A DNA stretch of 64,000 bases from Cetorhinus maximus (GCF_964194155.1 NC_135883.1:165168001-165232000); one strand, 5' to 3'; shown: positions 35,331-48,899, numbered from the stretch's first letter. Numbers and translations: made by a program. Notes: a model not told the origin generated them from the letters alone.

Positions 35331-36613
35331 CAAGTGCCCGTGGAGATACCCATGGTGAACTGAAGAAATCAGTTATATTTAAAGCATTGACTGGGTAGAA
35401 TTGGTTGAGGAGGGGTGGGGTGGAGATCGGGGACAGAAGGAAAGGGAAAAGGGGGAGAAAGGAAAAGGGAGGGCAAGAAAGGGGGACGGGGGCATGAAAA
35501 GGGGAGGCCAAGAAAGGGAAGAGTAGAAGGGTAAGAGGTATTTAACAGAAGGCAGGGCAGCGAGAGTGCAAAGAAGGCAGGAATGGGATCGTGTGTTGGT
35601 GAGAGGAGAAGGCTTCAGGAGCTGAGGGTAGATAAAGAGCACATAAGGCCAGAGGTTACAAAAACAGTAAAAAGACAGAACTAAAGGCTCTGTATCTGAA
35701 TGCACATAGCATTCATAACAAAACATGAATTTATTATATTTGACAGCACAAATAGAAATAAATATATATGATCTGATGGCCTTCACAGAGGCATGGCTGC
35801 AGGATGACAAAGGCTGGGTCATGAATATTCAAAGGTACATGACACTTAGGAAGGATGGGAAACGAGGGAAAGGTAGAGGGTAGCTCTATTAATTAAGAAT
35901 GACATTGATACAAGAGAGAGAGATGACCTTAGATCTGGAGATCAAGATGTAGAATCTATTTGGGTAGAGGTGAGAAATATTAAAGGCAAGAAGTCACTTG
36001 TGGGAGTGGTTTATAGGATCCGTAACAGTAACCACGCTGGAGGACAGAGCAAACAGGAAGAAATAAATGGGGGCTTGTGAGAAAGGTACTGCGATTATCA
36101 TGGGTGATTTTGATCTACATTTTGATTGGATGAATCAGATTGGCAAAGATTGGCCTTGATGGTGAGTTCATAGAGTGTTTTCATGACAGTTGCTTAGAGC
36201 ACCAACCAGACAGCAGGCGATACCAGATCTGGTAATGTGCAATGAGACAGGATTAATTAATGACCTCATAGTCAAGGCACCCCTAGGTAGCAGTGATCAT
36301 ATGATTGAATTTCATATTCAGTTTGAAGGAGAGGGCTGTGGATCTAAGTCTAGTGTCTTAAACTTAAATAAGGGCAATTACAAAAGAATGAGGATAGATT
36401 TGGATAAAGTGAACTGGGAAATTAGGTTAAGGGATAGGTCAGCACAGATGCAGTGGCAGACATTGAGAAAGGAAAACTTAAGGGAAAGATGCACCATCAA
36501 TGGTTAACTAAGGAAGTTAAAGGTAGCATCAAATTAAAAGAAAACGTGTATAATTCAGCAAAGATTAGTGACAGGTCAGAAGATTGGACAAAATATAAAG
36601 AATATCAAAGAAT

Positions 36614-38275
36614 CACACAAAATCAGAGTGCAGAAGAGGCCCTTCGGCCCATCGAGTCTGCACAGACTCGTGAGAAACACCTGACCTACCTACCTAATCC
36701 CATTTACCAGCACTTGGCCCATAGCCTTGAATGTTATGATGTGCCAAGTGCTCATCCAGGTACTTTTTAAAGGATGTGAGGCAACCTGCCTCCACCACCC
36801 TCCGGGTAAAAAAGTTTTTCCTTACATCCCCCCTAAACCTCTTGCCCCTCATCTTGAACTTATGCCCCCTCGTGACTGACCCTTCAACTAAGGGAAACAG
36901 CTGCTCCCTATCCACCCGTCCATGCCCCTCATAATCTTGTACACATCGATCAGGTCGCCCCTCAGTCTTCTCTGCTCCAACGAAAACAACCCAAGTCTAT
37001 CCAACCTCTCTTCATAACTTAAATATTTCATCCCAGGCAACATCCTGGTGAATCTCCTCTGCAACCCCTCCAGTACAATCACATCCTTCCTATAGTGTGG
37101 CGACCAGAACTGCACACAGTACTCCAGCTGTGGCCTCACAGTTGTACAACTCCGACATGACCTCCCTACTTTTGTAATCTATGCCTCGATTGATAAAGGC
37201 AAGTGTCCCATATGCCTTTTTCACCACCCCACTAACATGCCCCTCTGCCTTCAGAGATCTATGGACACACACGCCAAGGTCCATTTGTTCCTCAGAACTT
37301 CCTAGTGTCATGCCGTTCATTGAATACTTCCTTGTCAAATTACTCCTTCCAAAGTCTATCACATCACACTTTTCTGGGTTAAATTCCATCTGCCACTTAT
37401 CTGCCCATTTGACCATCCCGTCTATATCTTCCTGTAGCCCAAGACACTCAACTTCATTGTTAACCACCTGGCCAATCTTTGTGTCATCCGCAAACTTACT
37501 AATCCTACCCCCCACATAGTCATCTATGTCATTTATATAAATGACAAATAATAGGGGACCCAGCACAGATCCCTGTGGTACGCCACTGGACACTGGCTTC
37601 CAGTCACTAAAGCATCCTTCTGTCATCACCCTCTGCCTCCTACAACTAAGCCAATTTTGAATCCACCTTATCAAATTACCCCGTATCCCATGTGCCTTTG
37701 CCTTCTTTATAAGTCTCCCATGTGGGACCTTGTCAAAGGCTTTGCTGAAATCCATATAAAGTACATCAACTGCACTACCCTCATCTACACACCTGGTCAT
37801 CTCCTCAAAAAATTCAATCAAATTTGTTAGGCATGACCTCCCTCTGACAAAGCCATGCTGACTATCCCTGATCAAACCTTGCCTCTCCAAGTGGAGATAG
37901 ATACTCTCCTTCAGAATTTTCTCCAATAGTTTCCCTACCACTGACGTAAGACTCAATGGCCTGTAGTTCCCTGGCTTATCTCTACAACCCTTCTTAAATA
38001 GCGGAACCACATTAGCTGTTCTCCAGTCCTCTGGCACCTCCCCCGTGGCCAATGAGGAATTAAAAATTTGGGTCAGAGCCCCTGCGGTCTCCTCCCTTGC
38101 CTCCCTCAGCAGTCTGGGACACAAATCATCCGGACCTGGAGATTTCTCCACTTTTAAGCTTGCCAACACCTCCAATACCTTGTCACTCCCTATATCAATT
38201 TGCTCAAGAGCCTCACAGTCTCTCTCCCAGAGTTCGATATCTTCATCCTCATTCTCTTGGGTGAAGACGGACGTG
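36614..38275 (-). mobile_element. Young 5'-truncated CR1 with a 361-aa open RT frame
   Basis: ORF 37090-38175 has KSPGPD, GVPQGSVLGP and FADDTK. The TSD is AAGAAT at 36608-36613 and 38276-38281, and the host CR1 rejoins across it. Confidence 0.95.
37090..38175 (-). pseudogene. CR1 ORF2 reverse transcriptase domain, 5'-truncated and frameshifted at the C-terminus
   Basis: The RT motifs are in order, the endonuclease is absent, and the C-terminus continues in another frame (ORF 36888-37139). Confidence 0.9.
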
Positions 38276-40257
38276 AAGAATGACTAAAAGATTAATAAGG
38301 AGGGAGAAATTAGAGTAACAGAAGAAAGCTAGCTAGAAATATAAAAACAGGTGGTAAGAGTTTCTACAGGTACTTATACCGGAAAACAGTACAGTGAGCA
38401 CTGGTCCGAGTGCATGTGCCTGGGGAATTAATAATGGAAAATAAGGAAATGGCGGATAATTTGAACAAATATTTTGTGTCTGTCTTCACTATGGAAGACA
38501 TAAATAACATCACAGAAATAACTGTAAATCAAGAGGTGAAGTGGGGCAGGAACCTAAAACAAATACAATCACCAGGGGAACGGTACTAAGAAAATTACTG
38601 GAACTAAAAGCTGACAAGGCCCCAGATCCTGATGGATTTCATCCTAGAGTCTTAAAAGAAGTGGCTGCTGAGATAGAAGATGCATTGGTTTTGATTTTCG
38701 AAAATTCTCTAGATTCTGGAAAGGTCCCATCAGATTGGAAAATAGCAAATGCGAGTCCTCGATTCAAGAAAGGAAGGAGACAGCAGGAAACTACAGCCTA
38801 GTTAGCTTAACATCTGTCATCAGGAAATTGCTGGAGTCTATTGTTAAGGAGGTTATAGCGGGGCACTTAGAAAATCTCAATGCAATCAGGCAGAGTCATC
38901 ATTGTTTTATGAAAGGGAAATCATGTTTGTCTAATTTATTGGAGTTCTTTGAGGGAGTAACAAGCATCATGGATAAAGGGGAACCTGTGGATGCAATGTA
39001 CTAGATTTCCAGAAGGCATCTGACAAAATGCCACATCAGAGGTTTCTATCAAAAAGGAGCTCATTGTGTAGGAGATAACATATTAGCACGCATAGAGCTA
39101 ACAGGAAACATGGTAGGGAAAAATGGGTAACTTTCCATTTGGCAAGATGTGACGAGTGGAGTACCACAGGGATCAGTACTGGGCCCCAGCTATTTACAAT
39201 TTTATATCAATGACTTGCAAGAAGGGGCCAAATGTATAGTTGCTAAATTTGCTGATGACACAAAGATAGGTAGGAGAGTGAGTTACGAATAGGACAAAAG
39301 GAGTCTGAAAAGGCATTTAGATAGGTTAAGTAAGTGGGCAAAAATTTGGCAGATGGCGTATGATGTGGGAAAATGTGAACTTATCCACTTTGGCAGGAAG
39401 AACAGGAAAGCAGAATACCATTTAAATGGAGAGAAATTGCAGAACTCTGAGGGGGGAATCTGGGTGTCCTGGTACATGAATCACCAAAGTTAGAATGCAG
39501 CTACAGCAAGTGATTAGGAAGGCAAATGGAAAATTGTCATTTATTGCAAAGAAATGGAATATAAAAGTAGGGGTGTTTTGCTATAGCTGTACAGGGCATT
39601 GGTCAGAGCACATCTAGAGTGCTGTGTTCAGTTTTGGTCTCTTTATTTAAATGCGTTAGAAGCAGTTCTGAGAAGGTTTGCTTGACTGACACCTGGGATG
39701 GGGATGGGGATTGGGGGGGGGCAGCGGCGTTATCTTATGAGGAAAGGTTCATTAGGTTGGGCCTGTATCCAATAGAGTTTAGGAGATTGAGAGGTGATCT
39801 TATTGAAGCATATAAGATTGCGAGGAAAATTGACAGGGTGGAAGCTGAAAGACTGTTTCCCCTAGTGGGAGAGATTAGAACTAGGGGGCACCGTTTAAAA
39901 ATAAGGAATCTTCCATTTAAGACAAAGATGGGAAGAATTTTTTTCGCTTAGAGGTTGTGGGCCTTTGGAACTCTCTTCCCCCGAGAGCGGTAGAGACAGG
40001 GTCATTGAATATTTTTAAGGCAGAGGTAGACAAATTCTTGACTAACAAGGGAGTCAAAGGTTATTAGGGGTAGAAGAATGTGGAGTTGAGGCTACAATCA
40101 AATCAGCCATGATCTTAATGAATGATGGAGCAGGCCCAAGAGGCCAAATGGCACATTCCTAATTCATTCATACATACGTAGGTAGAGAGTGGAGAAAAAG
40201 CAATGGATTGCTGCACTGGAGAACACAGAAAAATTGATATAAATGCAACATACTCAT

Positions 40258-40515
40258 GTTAAGAAAGAGAATGAGAAAAAGAGAGAAAGGAAGGAAAAAA
40301 AAGAGGAAGAAACAGACAGGCAGAATTCAAAAAAGGGTGACAGAAGGAAAGAACAAAAAAAAGGAAGGACTGGGGAGAAGGGAGGGATGAAAAGAAAGAA
40401 ATGTGGAATGAAAAAAATAGAAAAAAGGAAAGAGAGAAAGAAAATAAGGGAAAGCAAGGGCAGAAGGAAAAAAATAGAAAGAATAGAAAGAATGATAGGA
40501 TGGAAAGGAAAGAGA
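40258..40515 (+). repeat. Purine-rich (GA/GAAA) low-complexity tract
   Basis: About 260 bp, almost entirely A and G. Confidence 0.9.
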
Positions 40516-40904
40516 GATGTGCACTTATATTGTAGATTTTAGAACAGGATCCAAAGCATTGTACAGCCAATGAAATACCTTTGAAATGAGGTTATTGCTG
40601 TAATATAAGAATCTGTCAAGTTATTATAAATTGAAGCCATAATATACAAGAAAATGAGTAAACTTTAAAACAAAATGCACTCAGTGGGGACATAGAGGCC
40701 CCAAGAGAGGCTGGAGTAGACTAGCAGGACCAGCCAGAAACCCAACTTGTTTTTCTTAATTTTAGACAGGAACAAGACTGAAAGGCAGCAAGATTTAGCA
40801 AAGATGAAACAAAATTAAATTTAAAATGTAAAAATAATAAGAATGGTACACTTCAAAATGATGACTTATTGACAAGAAACCAAGACATCAGGTGGCGTCT
40901 GTGA

Positions 40905-41730
40905 AACATGATGCAGTCCATATCCAAATGCAGCAAAACCTGGAAATATCTAGGTTGGACTGACAAGTGGCAAGTAACATTCACACCATACAAGTGCCAG
41001 GTAGTGAACAGCTCCAACAAGGGAGAATCCAGCCATCATCCCTTGACATTCAATGGCATGACCATCACTGAATCCTCCACTATCAACATCCTGGGGGGGT
41101 TACCATTGACCAGAAACTGAACTGGACTAGCCATATAAATACTGTGGCTACAAGAGCAGGTCAGACGTTAGGAATCCTGCGGCGAGTAACTCACCTCCTG
41201 ATTCCCCAAAGCCTGTCCACCATGTACAAGGCACAAGTTAGGAGTGTGATGGAATATTCCCCACTTGCCTGGATGAGTGCAGCTCCAACAACACTCAAGG
41301 AGCTTGACACCATGCAGAACAAAGCAGCCCACTTGATGGGCACCTCATCCACAAACATTCACTCCCTCCAACACTGATGCACAGTAGTAGCAGTGTGTAT
41401 CATCTACAAGATGCACTGCAGGAACTCACCAAGACACCTTAGACAACACCTTCCAAACCAGGGCAGCAGACACATGGGAACACCATCACCTGGAAGTTCC
41501 CATCCAAGCCACTCACCATCCTGACTAGAAAATATATCACCATTCCTCCACTGTCACTGGGTCAAAATCCTGGGACTCCCTCCCTAACTGCACAGTGGGT
41601 GTACCTACACTGGAATGCAGTGGTTCAAGAAGGCAGCTCACCACCACCTTGTCAAGGACAATTAGGGATGTGCAATAAATGCTGGCCCAGCCAACAATGC
41701 CCACATCCCATGAATGTGAATTTTTTAAAT
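40905..41730 (+). mobile_element. Family X LINE 3' part
   Basis: ORFs 40908-41120 and 41144-41377, and the family tail at 41650-41720. Confidence 0.9.
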
Positions 41731-41919
41731 TCACAAAGTCTGGGTAAGTGGGTCATTTAATGCTCCATCTAGTGGTAGAAATGTGAAGCTATAAGTGTGA
41801 TAGCTACCAAAATGATGCCATCCTGGTGCTCCCCAATTATAACAGAACGATGAAGTCCTAATAAGATGTGCATGATATTCATGCAAATTTTATATATTAT
41901 AGATAATTAACATTTTGCA

Positions 41920-42015
41920 AATTTGAAATAAAAACAGAAAATGTTAGAAAAACTCGCAGGTCTGGCAGCATCTGTGGAGACAGAAACAGAGTTAACGTTT
42001 CGAGTCCAATGTAAT
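41920..42015 (-). mobile_element. Penelope family B pLTR fragment with the 3' half of the hammerhead
   Basis: GAGTTAACGTTTCGAGTCC is present but the CUGANGA half is lost. Confidence 0.75.
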
Positions 42016-42334
42016 TTCTTATGTAAATTTGAGTTCAAAAACAAGCAATTCATTTTGTCAGGAAGAATGAGGGTAAGCAATACAAATCAAATGATGCAAC
42101 CCTTTAAAAATTGTATGTACTCAATTTCAGAAGATAGCAAGACAAGTTGAAAGGAATGTTAAAAAGGCATCGGGATCCTTGGTTTTGTAAATAAAGTGCA
42201 AAAATAAGGAAGTTATGCTGAACCTTTATTTACGGTAATTCATGAAAGTACCAGAGGCAACATTAGGGAAAACATTCTTACGCAGTAAGTTATAATGATT
42301 TGAATGTTTTGTTTGAAAGGGCAGTGGAAGCAGA

Positions 42335-42670
42335 ATTCACCAAGACTCCTTAGACAGCACCTTCCAAACCCATGGCCACTACCACCTAGAAGGACAAAAG
42401 CAGCAGGTAGATGGGAACACCAACACCTGGAAGTTCCCCTCCAAGTCACTCACCATCCTGACTTGGAAATATATCACCGTTCCTTCACTGCTGCTGGGTC
42501 AAAATCCTGGAACTCCCTTCCTAACAGCACTGTGGGTGTACCGACACCACATGGACTGCAGCGGTTCAAGAAGGCAGCTCACCGCCACCTTCTCGAGGGC
42601 AACTAGGGATGGGCAATAAAAATGCTGGCCCAGCCAGCGAAGCCCACATACCATGAATGAATTTTTTTTT
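42335..42670 (+). mobile_element. Family X LINE 3' end inside decayed CR1 fragments
   Basis: SPRLLRQHLPNPWPLPPRRTKAAG and the family tail. Confidence 0.85.
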
Positions 42671-43374
42671 TAATTGTTTATAATCTGCTAATGCGGTTTG
42701 AAAGTGGTCACTTTGGTGAGGAATCCTGAGGACGTCCTATGGAAGTGTACCCTATCATGAGAGTAGATTAAACACAGAAGAGAAGTCAAGAGGAAACTTG
42801 AAAGAGTGAAAATAATGGAGAAAATACTCCCCTCATCCTTGAAAGGGGAGAATCCAAATAGGAAGGAGTTATGAAATGGTACAATAATAAGTTTCCCCCA
42901 ACTCCAGAGGCCACCATTAATCTTGGCTGAACACAGCCTGTGAAGTGCATAGTACAAGAAATGTTGAAAACTTGTTTTCAGTGAACAGCATGGGCTACCT
43001 CTGTTGGATGCTACAGTCGAGTCATAAAGAGAGGGAGGGACTTAAAGCTATAGCTGTGTTCTCAGAGGGAGCTTAAAGCTACAGCTTAGTGTTCTCAAGG
43101 CCAGCTATACACCAGTGCCCATGGCACCTAATCAATAACTTTTAAACAAAATTTGAATCTCTCCTCTCTGCCAGTAACTCTGTGGAATGTTTCCAAAGAC
43201 ATCAGCAGTCCTCCAATTATCCTAGGATATGGACATTGTGAACGCTGGAAAACTTGGGAGGGCATTACTTAAGAGTTCAATTTTGTCCAAATTCAATCTC
43301 TACACTGTCTAGTGATAACAGAACCATAACTCTCAATATCTGAGTACACAAATACTTACTCTTTATAACTGTAA

Positions 43375-43672
43375 CTCATCACCGAGTCATATGGTTTTAG
43401 GTTCAAGTCACTCTCCAGAGACTTGAGATAACCAAGACTGACAGTCCAGCATCGTACTGAGGGAGTGCTACACTGTCGGAAGTGCCATCTTTCAGGTGAG
43501 ATGTTAAACCAAAGCCCTCCCTTTACACTCTCAGGTTGTCAAAATAGTCTCGAGGAAATATTCAAGGAAAAATACAGGAGCTCTCTCTGGTGTCTTGGTC
43601 AATATTAACCTTTAACCAAAGCCTAAAACACATCATCTAGTCATTATCTCACCGCTGTTTGAGAGACATTGC
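43375..43672 (+). mobile_element. DeuSINE (SacSINE1-like), 3'-truncated
   Basis: GGTTCAAGTC B box and GTACTGAGGGAGTGCTACACTGTCGGAAGTGCCATCTTTCAGGTGAGATGTTAAACC. Confidence 0.85.
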
Positions 43673-43684
43673 CACATAAAAACT

Positions 43685-43770
43685 GGCCCGAAGCATTAAC
43701 TCTGTTTCTCTCTACACAGATGCTGTCAGGCCTGCTGAGTACTTCCAGCATTTCTATTTTATTTGAAATA
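43685..43770 (+). mobile_element. Penelope family B pLTR fragment
   Basis: CCGAAGCATTAACTCTGTTTCTCTCTACACAGATGCTG..TTCCAGCATT. Confidence 0.7.
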
Positions 43771-44889
43771 AATGATAGCTTTGCCAGCGCTGCCCACTAA
43801 ATTAGTTTACTGAAAATTTGGATTAAATACTCAATGTTTTATAAATCTAACTAATGGTAAAACTTATAAAGAAAACACTGACATTGACATAACACGACAC
43901 TGACATTGTGAGCATTTAATGAAAAAATAAATTTGGTGTTGATAAGCATACAACATACCCTCATTCACAGGCACTTTGAGGCAACCAATAAACCTAAATG
44001 GGCAACTCTCATTTCACTCGAAAACACCATCAACATAATCTCAACCTCTCAATTTGTTTGATCGGTGACAAGGACTCACCCTCCACTTCTCTCGTTGCCA
44101 TTTTCTCTCTCTTACGTTTTGAAGTGGTGCATATGTAACAGTTTACCCAAAGGACACGAAGGTTGGGGGATTTTGGGGGTGGGGGAAAGAGGATTAACTC
44201 TACCCCCATACCGTGCCCTTTCCCTGATCAAGCGCTGCTTTCGTTTAACCAAACAGGCATTTGTAATAAATGATGCTCATGTTGTTCTTTAATTTCTGAA
44301 TCAGTGCCCAGAAGGTAAGCATACGGTTTGAATTTCCTTTCAGAACGCTCTTCTTTAACCAGTGGAAAAAAAACACATACAGCTGTATCTCATAATTACA
44401 GGCAGAGTGCCTTATTTGAAACATCCTTTTCATTTAAATATCTATGTCCATTGTAAGCAACTCCCTGGAGCTTTGGATGGAGAATGATTCTCTTCATAGA
44501 TTAATTTGTTCTATATTTAGCTTGGATTATTAAGACTACACTTGCTACTGCCCTGCTGCGTAAGCACACTGCAGGATGATATATCGAACTGGGATTCCAA
44601 CTGCTGCTACAGGACATTGGGCATTTTTCCCTTAATCCCTTCAACAGACAAATGCAGACAAATAAAATAAATTACACTAATTGTACATCACAGAATACAT
44701 TTCTGAACAATCCTCAATATAGAAGCAGGATCTGATATATCATTTTTTTCTTAAAAATCTTTTAAACACTGTATTGCCTGTTCAAATGAAAGTGACCTCC
44801 AAACACACAAAAAGTTACCCAACCAATCAGAGAAACTACAATGGTAGTTGCCCTATTAGTGTGACAGCGATGGGTCAGTAGGTGAGTGA

Positions 44890-45182
44890 GGGGGGAGGCG
44901 ATGGCATAGTGGTATTATCACTGGACTTGTAATCCAAAAACCCAGGGTAATGCTCTGGGGATCCAGATTCGAATCCCACAATGGCAGATGGTGAAATTTG
45001 AATTCAATAAAAATTATCTGGAATTGTTGATTGTTCACTGATGTCTTTTAGGGCAGAAAATCTGTAACTCCAGACCCACAGCAATGTGGTTGACTCTGAA
45101 ATGACCTAGCAAGCCACTCAGTTCTCAAGGGCAATAAATGCTGGTCTAGCCAGCGATGCCTCCATCTCATATACAATGAATT
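44890..45182 (+). mobile_element. tRNA-derived SINE (family X tail), internally deleted
   Basis: GGCGATGGCATAGTGG..GATTCGAATCCC..AAGGGCAATAAATGCTGG. Confidence 0.8.
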
Positions 45183-45529
45183 CAGTTTAGGCAGGTTCTT
45201 ACGTTCTAGATAGTCAATGGTGCGCCAGAGACGAGGGCAGACGGTTAGAAGGAAAATTATAGGAGAAATGAATTCTGAGACTTGGTCAGAATCAAAATTT
45301 ACCCAAACCCTGCACTAAATACAACAGCTGTCTTCAAGTGGCCATCTTCAGTTCTTTTGGTGGAATAGAATTAAGAAATGAAAATCAACTTTCCCCGAAA
45401 ATATTCTCCCTCAATTTACCAATGCACCCCAACAATACCTCAGAAAATATTCAGGTCTCCCATGTCAGTTCCAATTATGCATATATCGAAGAACCTGATT
45501 GAAAGGTATGTTCCAGTGGTGTATTAGCA

Positions 45530-47120
45530 CCACTCACCAACAGAACCACCACAAACCCTATCTCAATGAAGACCAGGGTCAAACAAGGCTGCATCACTGC
45601 ACCAACTCTCTTCTCTATTTTCCTCATTGCAACACTGTACCTCATCTCCAGAAAATTAGCCACAGACATGGAGATAATCTACAGAACAGACTGGAAACTG
45701 TTCAGCCTACACTGCCTTCAATCCAAAACTAAAATCACTCCAACCTCAATCATAGAGCTTCAGTATGCCGATGACACTTGTGTGCGCTCACTTAGAAACT
45801 GAGCTCCAGGTCAATGATGACTTCTTCTCCTAAACATATGAGAAAACAGACCTTTAACTAAACAGCTGGAAAACTAAGGTCCTCTTAAAGCCAGTTCCCA
45901 CATCACAACACCACCCCCTGGTGAGATCCTGGAAAATGAGGACATTTTGTGTGTCTTGGGAGCCTTCTTTCAATGAAAGCAGTCACAGCAGATGAAAATT
46001 CATCATTGCCTTCAATATGTCAGCTCAACCTTCAGCCGACTGAGAAACAAAGTATTCGAGGGCAAGGATCTCAAACCCGAGACTAGTGTCATGGTTTACT
46101 GGGTAGCAGTGATCCCCACACTCCTTGTACATAATTGCATTAGACGTAGTTCAGGGAAGGTTCATTTAACTGATTCCTGGAATAAGGGGTTATCCTATGA
46201 GAAAAGGTTGGACAGGTTGGACCTGTATCCATTGGAGTTTAGAAGCATGAGAGGTGATCTTATTGAAACATATATGATCCTGAGGGGACTTGACAGGGTG
46301 GATCCTAAAAGGATGTTTCCCCTTGAGGGAGAGGCTAGAACTAGGGGACACAGTTTAAAAATACAGTGAGGGGTCTCCCATTTAAGATGGAGATGAGGAG
46401 AAATTTTTTCTCTTCATGATGACACAATCAAGAAATTTGTTTGTGGAGTTCTTCCCCAGAGGCAGGGCCATCGGATATTTTTAAGGCTGAATTAAATAGA
46501 TTCTTGGTTAACAAGGGAGTCAAAGGGCATAGGGGGTAGAAAGAAAAGTGGAGTTGAGGCCACAATCAGATCAGCCACAATCTTATTGAATGGCAGTGCA
46601 GGCTCGAAAGGCTGAACGGCCTATTCCTGCTCCTAATTCATATGTTTATATGCTTCAGAGACTTGGACAACCTACAACAGGCACCTCAAAACACTAAGTA
46701 GAACCAACAGCAGCGCCTTCAAAAGATCCTCCAAATATAGAGGCAAGAAAGGTGATCCAACCGCAGCGTCCTCTCCCAAACCCAACATGCCCAGCATCGA
46801 GACGCTAATCACTCAATCACTGGGCAGGACTCCCAAAGCAACTGCTCTATTCAGAACTCAGTTGCGGCAGGAGAATCCCAGGGACGACAGCGGAATCGCT
46901 TTAGGGATCTCCTCAAACATCACTGCCAATTCATGGGAGTCCCTGGCCTGCGACCGAGCAAAATGGAGAAGGCTCGTCTAGGAAGGCACTGAGCACATCA
47001 ACAGACATCATTAGGAACATGCAGCAACCAAGACAAGACAGCAGAGGGAGCACACAAACCTCCAATCAACCCTTCTACCCAACCCTTCAAGTACCACCTG
47101 CCCATATTCGTGTTGGACTG
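45530..47120 (+). mobile_element. RTE LINE RT and 3' part with a CR1 3' end nested at about 46130-46650
   Basis: KTRVKQGCITAPTLFSIF..LQYADD (ORF 45566) and WESLACDRAKWRRLV (ORF 46787). ORF 45992-46369 switches from RTE to CR1 sequence. Confidence 0.85.
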
Positions 47121-47129
47121 GAAACATAC

Positions 47130-47590
47130 TGCTGTAGAAAGTTCTCCTAAACACACTCTAGGAACTCTTGCCCCTCTCTGCCCTTTACACTACTACTATC
47201 CCAGTCTATATTCAGATAATTAAATGCCCCTGTAATTTCTAATTTCCTTGCAAATTTGTTCCTCTACATCTTTTCCACTAGTTGGCGGCCTATGGACTAC
47301 ACCAAGCAATATAATTGCACTTTTTTTATTCCTTAGCTCTAGCCAAATAGATTCTGTACTAGACTGTTCTGGGACATTCTCTCTCTCCAGCACTGCAATG
47401 TTCTCCTTAACCAATGCTGCCATCTCTCCTCCATTCCTGTCTTTCCTAAACACCTTGTATCCAGAAATATTTAACACCCAGTCTGTGAGCCTAGTCTCCG
47501 TTATTGCCACAATATCATATTTCTACCAGGCTACCTACGTCTGCAACACACCAATCTTATTTACCACAGTTCTCGCATTCACATACATGA
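47130..47590 (-). mobile_element. CR1 endonuclease-region fragment, inverted relative to the adjacent full-length CR1
   Basis: ORF 47220-47510 MAITETRL..ESIWLELRNKK..VVHRPP. Confidence 0.85.
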
Positions 47591-47871
47591 AATGCAGTGC
47601 TGTTTTTGGCTGCAGCTGGAGTTTGGTGACTGAGGGAGTTCGGTGAGAAGGGAGGAGGTGCTCCTTTCTTTTTCTCAGAAAGAACAGCGACGGCCTTGGT
47701 AAGTAGGTACTAGTGAGTAAATTAGAAAAGTGTAATATTTTTAAATAAGTTGCTATACTTGGATTTAACTGAGAAGCGTCAGGAATAAGGGAAATTTAGG
47801 GTCAATGTAATAAAGTAATATAAATAATCCAAAATAGAATAAAGTTAATGTAAGGGAAGTAAGCTTAAGGC

Positions 47872-48890
47872 ATGGCAGGGCAGCTCAGTCAAGTGGAATG
47901 AGTGTCCTGTAATATGTGCGAAGTCATGGACACTACCGGTATCCTAGATGACCACTTGTGCAGGAAATGCTGTCAGCTGCAGAAACTTGAGCTCCAGGTT
48001 TCAGCGCTCGAGCAGCAGCTGGAATCACTGTGGTGCATCTGCAAGGCTGCGAGCTACGTGGATAGCACGATCAGATAGTTGGCTGCAGCTTAAGGGCCTG
48101 GAGACAGAGAGGGAATGGGTGACCACCGGGCCGTCCAAAAGAAGTAGGCAGGTAGTGCAGGAGTCCCCTGGGGTCCCCCTCACAAATCGGTTTTCCGTTT
48201 TGGAAGCTGGGGAGGGCGCTGGTTCCTCAGAGGAGTGCAGTCAGAGCCAGGTTTGTGGCACCAAGAATGGCTCGGCTGTACAGGAGGAGAGGAAGAAGAA
48301 AGGAAGAGCTATAGTGATCTGGGATTCATTGGTTAGGGAAACAGGCAGGCGTTTCTGTGGTTGTGGAAGGACTCCAGGATGGTATATTGCCTTCATGGTG
48401 CCAGAGTCAGGGATGTCACAGAGTAGCCGCAGGACACTCTTCTGGGAAGGGTTATCAGCCAGAGGTCGTGGTCCACATTGGTACCAATGGCTTAGGTAGG
48501 AAGGGGGATATAGTCCTGCAATCAGAATTTAGGGAGCTAGGTAGAAAATTAGCAAGCAGGACCTCAAATGTAGTAATCTCCGGATTACTCTCAGTGCCGT
48601 GTGTCAGAGAGTACAGAAATAGGAGGATAAGGCAGATGAATACGTGACTGGAAAGATGGTGCAAGAAGGAGGGCTTTAGATTCCTGGGACACTGGGACTG
48701 GCTCTGGGGGAGTTGGCACCTGTACAAGACAGACAGTTGCACCTGAACAGAGCTGGGGCTGAGTTCCTTGCAGGGCGTTTTGCTAGTGCTGTTGGGATGG
48801 TTTTAAACTAACTTGGCAGGGGTGTGGAAACCAAGAGAAAATATTAGAGAGGAATACCAGAGTGCACAAAATACTGGAAGGGACAGATAA
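47872..48890 (+). pseudogene. CR1 ORF1p (Cys-rich zinc finger, coiled coil and SGNH esterase), disrupted
   Basis: MAGQLSQVE*VSCNMCEV..HLCRKCCQLQKLELQVSALEQQL, AIVIWDSLVR (GDSL-like) and VVVHIGTN. Confidence 0.85.
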
Positions 48891-48899
48891 CTAACTATT

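Larger units (their letters stand above)
35640..40170 (+). mobile_element. CR1 ORF2 (endonuclease plus RT) and 3'UTR, decayed, interrupted by a younger inverted CR1
   Basis: LYLNAHSI..AFTEAWL, PTRQQAIPDLV..PLGSSDH (ORF 36190), KAPDPDGFHPRVLKE (ORF 38541), KFADDTK at about 39245, and the 3'UTR to about 40170. Confidence 0.9.

Noticed and set aside
37090-38175. Reverse transcriptase ORF as a domesticated gene or a retron/DGR-like system
   Set aside because: It is an ordinary 5'-truncated CR1 with a TSD, a tail and a C-terminal frameshift, and it has no accessory genes.
40243-40570. Lys/Arg/Glu-rich and Phe/Leu/Ser-rich ORFs
   Set aside because: They are translations of a purine-rich low-complexity tract.
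45992-46369. Apparent RTE-CR1 fusion protein
   Set aside because: It is a chance in-frame junction where a CR1 3' end inserted into an RTE relic.
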